Origin: Octopus bimaculoides
Taxonomy: Eukaryota
Direction of reading: 5' to 3'
Length of the DNA stretch: 44,217 nt
Assembly (NCBI RefSeq): GCF_001194135.2
Contig: NC_068986.1
Location: 60,123,509-60,167,725, forward strand
Under the pieces are notes generated by a model. That model was not told the DNA's origin and did not search any database. It saw nothing but the letters and a program-made list of their open reading frames with translations. The stretch's first letter is position 1. Every line of letters starts with the position of its first letter. Shown here one piece after another: positions 37,151 through 44,217 of the stretch. Position numbers and translations under genes: made by a program.

Positions 37151-37668
37151 GTCTAAAAAGTAACTAATAATGATAACAATAAGAATAATATTAATAATTA
37201 CCCTGATGCAGTACCAGGCAGTAGCTCTAATGACTTCTGATCTTAAATGATTGGAAGTGTTATTTAGTAGATGCTTAGTCTTAGCGTAAAAGACAGGATA
37301 CAACAAATATTCTGCTCAATACCACAGATTTGCTTGTCAGTTGCTTGATCATAACCAATTGAGCATATCCTTTAGTGGCTGGTGATATGTGCATCTCTGA
37401 TCACAAGCAGGAGTAGTGAGGAGAATTCTTTGGGGTTTGAATAACTCATCTCTGGAAACATATGTGTTTCATTCATCACCCTTAAACCTTAGGGACTTTT
37501 TGAGTGGAACGGGCTACTTGACCTAAAGAAAATTCAAACAGGGAACCACCTGCAAGATCATGCAGATGGCTGAAATGCTGCTAAACATTTTGTCTGGCAT
37601 GCTAACAATTCTGCCAGATCACTGCCCTAATAATAATAATTCTTCCTACTATAGGCACAATACCTAAC

Positions 37669-37929
37669 AGTTGTATGGGGAATCTGTACACTCCCATGAT
37701 TGGTTAAGTGAACAATACTAGTTCGTATAAATGAGCATGCGCAGAACAGTCTGAGAAGAGTGTCATATGCGCAGTCATAGTGTACAGGTTGTAGGAATTA
37801 TTGAATAGAGATATCATGGAGTGCTTGTTGAAGATATACAGTTAGAGAGTAATAAGAGAACATCAGGAACATTTAATATTATAACAATTCAGATATAACA
37901 CTGATGACAAAAAGTCGTATGTCATATCA
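37669..37929 (+). mobile_element. Gypsy-type LTR relic inserted in a SINE
   Basis: (T)GTTGTATG start and GATATAACA at 37892-37900, followed by a CpG-decayed PBS-like TGATGACAAAAA. Perfect 5-bp TSD CTAAC at 37664-37668 and 37930-37934; the SINE sequence resumes afterwards. Confidence 0.6.
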
Positions 37930-38236
37930 CTAACATTTTGGAGGAGGACCTAATTGACTTCATCAGCCCCAGTACTCTTCTAATACTTATTTTATTGATC
38001 CAGAAAGTATGATAGGCAAAGTTAACCATGGTGGAATTTGAACTCAGAAAGTAAAGATGGATGAACTGCTGCTAAGAATTTCTGCTATAGAGACAAGGCC
38101 TTAGATTTTGGTGGGAGGCAGTGCTTGTTGACTACATGAACCCTAGTACTTGACTGATACTTATTTTATCGACTCTGAAAGGATGAAGGCAGATGACTTT
38201 GACAGACTATGATGATCCAAGCATTTTGCCTACCAG

Positions 38237-38254
38237 CTAACAACAACAACAACA

Positions 38255-38330
<76 letters not shown>
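38237..38330. repeat. Compound microsatellite (AAC)n(TAC)n(TAA)n
   Basis: Direct observation. Confidence 0.95.
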
Positions 38331-38331
<1 letters not shown>

Positions 38332-38480
38332 TAAAGCTCACTGCACCTTTTAATTGTGAGAGGACTCCTATGCCCAGGGGCTCAAAAGCAGTCTTATTCC
38401 ATCTTGCAAAATTTCTCATAAGAGGTCCAAGGCTTATCTGCATCAGATGTGACTGTATGGTAAGAAGTTTACTTCCTAAC

Positions 38481-41400
38481 TGTGGGGTTGAGGTGAATGG
38501 AAGCAAAGGGTCAGTGACATCAATGGCTGAGGGGCCCTATCAGAAGCGGAAGGAGTGAGGATGTGGGTGGAAGTAGGACCAGTGTGGGTCTCTTTCACCT
38601 CGGGCAGTCATCATGGATGGATGCATGTGGACATGTGCATGAGACAGGGCTTTAGCAGTAGGTTCTAGTGAAGGTCAGACTGGTAGGGTGTGTCTTGGAT
38701 GTAACGCAGCTGGACAGCTGACACTAAGAGGTAGGTGAACTATATTTTGTTCTTCACATTACAGTTCTCTCATATATATTTTTTTTTTCTGTTGTTGCTG
38801 TCCTCTTCCATGAGACGGCAGTGAAAATAAGGATCAGCAGCAATGCCAACAGACCTTTCTGTGGTGAAGAAAATGTGATCCCCTGGATCCGTAAGATCAA
38901 GGTGGTAGCCAAGCTGCAAGGCACTGATGATATAGCAGGTCTCATAGCTCTGTATCTGGAAGGAAACGTGTTGGTGCTGTACCTCAAGATGGATGAAATA
39001 GACCAACTGGCCACAGTGAAGATTGAGCAGCGCCTAAAAGAAGCCTTTATAGAAGGATCGTATGGTGCATTCGCTAAGCTGGGAATGGTCAGGTGGACAA
39101 GGAAAGAGTAGACATGTACATAGTGGAGGTTTGGTGATTGGCCATGCTGTCTGGTATTACTAGAGAGGGACTAGAAAAGGTGGCATGATTGGCTTTCATA
39201 AATGGCTTCCCCAATGACATATTGGTGCAACTTCAACAACTGCCAGGCAGCAAGAAAATGGCAATAAGTGAGCTCATCACTCAAGCCCACATGTCAACAC
39301 AAAACACCAGGCAGAATGCAGTGGTGGTGACAGCTGCAGAAGCCCATGGCATTATGTGACGGTCAGTGAAGAATGAGAGAAAAACTGCTGTGGAGTGCCA
39401 GGAACTGCACATGGCAAGGGACTGTGTAGAGATGAAGCCTGAACCCATTTACTACTGTTGCAGGCAGACAAGGTATGTTGCCCAAAACTGCGGCCAGGAG
39501 AAAAGCCATGGGAAAGTTGCTACCTCTCATACTTCCCCTGTGAGCAAGTAGAGGCTCTTGTGTAGTCGCTGCCCGTGGTTGAAGTCCTGGTTGGAGGAAA
39601 GGCGTTCAAAGCCCTTGTGGATTTGTGCTGTACAACATCTCTTGAGACCCCAAGGGCGTCAAAAGAATGGAAAGGCATGAGTAATGTTTGGGAAGTTGAT
39701 GGTAGTGAAATTGGATGTAAGGGTAGCAGCAAAGTGAAGATAGCAGTGCGGGGCACAACACTGAGGTTGCAAGTGATTTTGATCGACCATGTGATAGATA
39801 GAATTGATGTGGTGAAGGGCATGGATGTGATCAGCCACCTAGGAGGTGTCAGTGTTAGTGGAGACATGGTTTTGATTAGTGGTGCAGAGGCATCATGTGT
39901 CATGAATCTGCAACAAGAGAGGGAGCTGAGCTCCAGGTAAGATTGTACTGCTTACACCACAGAAGATAGAGTTTTTTCAGGTGGTGTTCAATGGTCAGTG
40001 GTGGACAGTTGAGTGGTGCTGGAAAGGTGAGCCCCTGACACAGGAATTAGCTGTTACCAGCATACTTTGACAGGAGTTGCCAGGAGTGAGTTTGAAGAAG
40101 TACAGAGGGTATCCTTATTCCATGGAAAGAGGAAGTGAAGAGCGGAGTGCTTCTACTAATGGCAGTGGTGCAGCCAATGAAGGGCAAGGTCAGGCCAGTA
40201 CTGGACTTTCGAGAGATGAATGACCATGTATTGTGCCACGTGGGTGGTGAGGTGACTGATGTCTGCAGAGAGACATTGCAAGAATGGAGATGGATTACAA
40301 GGGCGGCAACAATTATGAAATTGAAGTCAGCATATCTGCAGCTCCATATGAACAAGAAACTGTGGTAGTATCAGCTGGTGCGATATAAGGGCTGGACACA
40401 CTTTGATTAGGCTGGTTTTTGAGCTGAATTCTGGGCCAAAGATTATGGCAACAATGTTCAAATCTATCCTGGGAAAGGTGGACAAGGTAAAAAAGGCCAG
40501 CAATTCCTTTATGGACGACATCCTGATAGACAAGACTGTAGTGTTTGCTGCAGAGGTCATAGATCACCTAAAGAAGTTCGGGCTGGTTGTGAAGCCACCA
40601 GAGCCAATGGTTGGAGGAGTTGCACTGGGGCTCAAGCTTCAAAGAGACAAAACAGGTGTGTTGATGTTTTGGAGAAGAAATGAGATTCTGGAACTGGGTA
40701 CCAGCATCAAGAGGCAAGAATAATTCTCGACGTGTGGGACACTGGTGGATCACTATCCAGTCATAAGGTGCCTTTGAACAGCATGCAGCTACATCAATAG
40801 ACGAGCAGATGGGATGAACTGGGGAGACAAAGTGGGAGTGAGGACAAAGTGGGGAGTGGCAATGATGCAGTAAATCCTAGAGAGGGTAAGAGCAGAAAAT
40901 CCAATAAAAGGAAGCTGGTATATGCCCAAATTGGAGAACGGGATCATATGGTGCAATGCAAGCAGCACAGCAATAGGGGTTGTCTGGGAAATCAAAGGTG
41001 TTGAAGCAGAGGATGCAGTCTGGCTTCGAAAAACAGATGATTATAATCACATCAATGTGGCTGAGTTGGACACAGTATTGAAGTGGGTGAATCTGGCTCT
41101 GAGATGGGGGGTGTGATCTATCGAAATCCAAACCAATTCAGCTACTGTCCTTCGATGGATAGAATCAGTGATCACTGATGAAAAGAGGGTTTGAACCAAA
41201 GGGACTGCAGAGATGTTAGTAAAGCAGACATTCTAACCAGGGTGGAAAAAGCCTGGTTGGTGTTGCTGGAAGATTCAGAGTGTGGGGTAAGTGCAGTGTG
41301 TTGACTAGGTGACTCAGAATTAAGGAGACTGCATGCCATGCATCATACAGGCATGGATAGAATCCTGTATCTTGCCAGGAGGGTTGGCTCTGACGTTACT

Positions 41401-42585
41401 AGGCAGAGCATTCAAAAGGTGGTTGGGAGCTGTGATAAGTGTCAATCCATGACTCTGGTCTGGGTGTGCACGAGCTGGAAAACATCTCAGTAGAGCACAA
41501 CTGGAGATAATTAGTGGAGGATGTGACACACTACCAGCAGGGGACATATCTCTCAATGGTTGACTGTGCATTAGGTTGGAGGGAAATGAAGACAGGCACT
41601 GCAGATGAGGTTGCATGTATCTTGAACAAGATATTCCAGAAGTGGGGCCCTGTGGACAAATTGCTGATGGACAATGGCATGCACTTTGTTTGGAGGTGCT
41701 GAAGGAGATGCTTGATAAGTAGAATGTGCACCACTTCTTCAAAGCAGCATACAGGCCAAGTGGAAACGAAATTGTGGAAAGACACCATCACAGAATCAAG
41801 GCCATGGCTGAGACAGGACACATCTCACCACTGGAAGCAGTATTTTGGGACAAAAATGTATATAATTCTAATCAGGACAGGCCAAGGAGTCTGTGTCACA
41901 CAGAGCAATATTGAGGTATGAATGGTGACACCCATGTACAGCATCACAACACCCTGTGGAAGAGATAGAGAGTCTGCCTTCGTGTACGTAGGAGATGAAG
42001 TCTGGATCAAGCACCCAAAGGCATGCTGCACATGTCAGTGGGACAGAGGGACAGTGATGGCTGTTAATTCCAAAAATAATGTCTCTGTGGATGGAATGCT
42101 GTGTCACGTCTTGGATGTTCGCAAAACTGTCGCTTCGTCAGACGACGACAAAAGTGGAGAAGAAGCAAGTGGTGCTCCATCCCTGTGAATATCACAGCAA
42201 ATGAAACATCTGCCCAGGTAGATGGCAGACTTCAATCTGGAATAAAGTGAGGAGGTGATCTTGAGATCGGGGGTGGGGGTGCTGTGTGGGAATGAGGTGA
42301 ATAGAAGGAAAGAATGACATCAATAGCTGAGGGGCCTTACCAGAAGAGGAAGAAGGAGTAACGACATAGGTGGAAGTAGGACCGGTGTGGGTCTCTTTCA
42401 CTTCAGGCAGTCATCATGGATGGATGCATGTGGACACATGCGTGTGATACTGGGCTTTAGCAGTAGGTTCTAGTGATAGGTCAGGGCGGGTAGAGCACAT
42501 CTTGGATTTAATGCAGCTGTAAGCCAACACTGAATGGTAGGTAAACCATATTTTGTTCCTCACATTACAGTTTTCTCATACTACA
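38481..42585 (+). mobile_element. Full-length degenerate Gypsy LTR retrotransposon (4.1 kb)
   Basis: LTRs 38481-~38778 and 42285-42585 (TGTGGG...CA); purine-rich tract before the 3' LTR. TSD CTAAC/CCAGC, each one change from the CCAAC of the split SINE. gag WIRKIKVVAKLQ..LYLEG with a CCHC relic; protease FKALVD; RT VRPVLDFREMN..KSAYLQ..FMDDILI; RNase H CNASS..HINVAEL; integrase HHTG..CDKCQ, LLMDNG, YRPSGNEIVERHH. Confidence 0.93.
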
Positions 42586-42860
42586 CCAGCCACATGCTTA
42601 CCTTGGACAAGCATCTTCTACTATAACCTCAGTCTGATCAGAGCCTTGCAAGTGGGTTTGGTAGATGGAAACTGAAAAAAGCCCATCATATGTGTGTGTG
42701 TGTGTGTGTGTTTGTGTCCCACTGCCACTTGACAACCTGTGTTGGTGTGTTTACATCACTGTAACTTAGTAGTTTGACAAAAGAGACTGATAGAATAAGT
42801 ACTAGGTTTTTAAAAAAATACTGGGTTCAATTCATTTGACTAAAAAATTCTTCAAGGCAA
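42586..42860 (+). mobile_element. SINE family A, 3' part; its head lies at about 38445-38480, split off by the Gypsy insertion
   Basis: ggtaagaagtttacttcctaac | ccagccacatg..ccttggacaagcatcttctactata. Confidence 0.75.
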
Positions 42861-43089
42861 TGAAACAAGTAAAAGATAAAAGATGAAAATATGTGCCTTA
42901 CCACTACCAAATATGGTAGTGGGTGATAACTTTATAGGAATTGAGTATGATGAATGACTGGAATGATTGAATGAAAGACATGTAGTCAAACACTGTTCAT
43001 GTACTAGCACCAACGCCTATTTATTTCTTCATAGCCACGTCTACTGAGAGCATAATATTTTGTTATATCAGTTACATACAGTCACACGC

Positions 43090-43323
43090 TTTCATTCTTT
43101 TACTTGTGTTAGTTATTTGACTGCGGCCATGCTGGAGCACAACCTTGAGGGGTTTTAGTTAAACAAATCAACCCCAGGACTTATTTTTTAAGCCTAGTCT
43201 TTATTCTTTCAGTCTCTTTTGCTGAACTGCTAAGTTACAGGGATGTAAACACACCAGCACTGCTTGTCAAGCAGTGATGGTGAGAGGACAAATACAGACA
43301 CAATGACACATGCAGATATATAC

Positions 43324-43399
<76 letters not shown>

Positions 43400-43565
43400 C
43401 GATGGGCTTCTTTCAGAATTTGTCTACCAAATTCACTCCATTTGGGAATTGGTCAGCCCAAGGCTATAGTAGAAGACACTTGCTGAAGGTGCCATGCAGT
43501 GGGACTGAACCTGAAACCATATGCTTGAGAAGCAAGCTTCTTACCACACAACCATGCCTGCGTCT
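43090..43565 (-). mobile_element. Near full-length SINE family A
   Basis: Reverse complement begins with a tRNA-like head (tggttgtgtggtaagaagcttgct..ggttcagtccc) and contains a central (TA)n(CA)n block. Confidence 0.85.
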
Positions 43566-43936
43566 ATATAACATAATTGACTTTTTATTCTTTTCTCCCA
43601 AAACATTTACTACATATGCCCGTGTATAATACGACTGGATGTATCAGACGATCCCCAGGATTTCCATTTAAAACGTGGGTTTTGAGCTATACTTGCTGTA
43701 TAAGACTACTCCAATTTCCGTGAAAAATAGCTCAAGCATTGAAGGTATATGGATCATAGCTAAAGGGGTCAGATGAGCTGTAGCTTCCCCAATGGTCCCT
43801 GAAGCTACTGCTTTTTTTGTGTTCCAATAACATTTTAACTATGTTTCAATCAGTAAACTTTGTATGCAACAATTCTGCAGTTTTGGTTGTTTTAAATTTA
43901 TCCAGTTCTTTTCAAAAAGTGACCAAGTATTGTAAA

Positions 43937-44217
43937 CTAGCAGAAATACCCGGCGTTGCCCGGGTTAAAGAGAATAATGAAATCTAAAAACGCCGTCTAG
44001 ACTACGCATCATCTTTATATAGAGAGATGTATATACACACACGCACCCAAACACACGTATATATATGTATATCAATATAAATATATGAAAGTCAATGAAG
44101 TTTCGTAAAAGAAGGTGATCATGTACATACTTTCTTGCTGTTGTGACTATAACACCTCGTTGTAAACAATGTTCCTTGTTTTCCCTTGTGGAGCATATAC
44201 AAATAGGTTTTTTTTGC
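43937..44217 (-). mobile_element. Helitron 3' end, near-identical to 26096-26376; runs off the window
   Basis: A|CTAG at 43937-43940, same hairpin; about 3 differences in about 280 nt by hand count. Confidence 0.9.

Noticed and set aside
37664-38480. Both LTR insertions have CTAAC on their left flank (possible target preference)
   Set aside because: The full Gypsy's ancestral target reconstructs as CCAAC, and two sites are too few to infer specificity.
38779-38810. Self-priming PBS idea for the Gypsy (CTGTCCTCTTCC roughly complementary to LTR GGAAGTAGGACCAG)
   Set aside because: Only 12 nt with two gaps. The T-run plus this segment reads equally well as a short poly(A)-tailed antisense insertion, and a decayed TGGTGGCAGCGG-like PBS may lie at about 38811-38824.

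Overview
Eukaryotic, AT-rich genomic DNA made up almost entirely of repeats, with four assembly gaps. The SINE and RTE families look like those I recall from Octopus genomes, so the taxon is an inference. No intact host gene is recognisable. The window holds nested transposon relics: a HERO-like and two R4/Dong-like RLE retrotransposons, several RTE LINE pieces, three Penelope-like element (PLE) relics, two Gypsy elements plus an LTR relic, a Merlin derivative, a Tigger fragment, three MITEs, two near-identical Helitrons and many SINEs. The strongest signals are hammerhead ribozyme (HHR) motifs. (1) A full type I HHR fold lies at 29181-29272. (2) A second, 5'-clipped copy of it sits inside a 39-bp-TIR MITE about 940 bp downstream and carries the canonical bases the first copy has lost. 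(3) A second HHR-like core of a different sequence lies at 12016-12069. (4) An exact 25-nt piece of the Penelope HHR core is patched into the neighbouring Gypsy integrase between microhomologies. Two deletion derivatives also stand out: an integrase-only 1.5-kb LTR element and a Merlin lacking its DDE domain in frame. All alignments and folds were done by eye.
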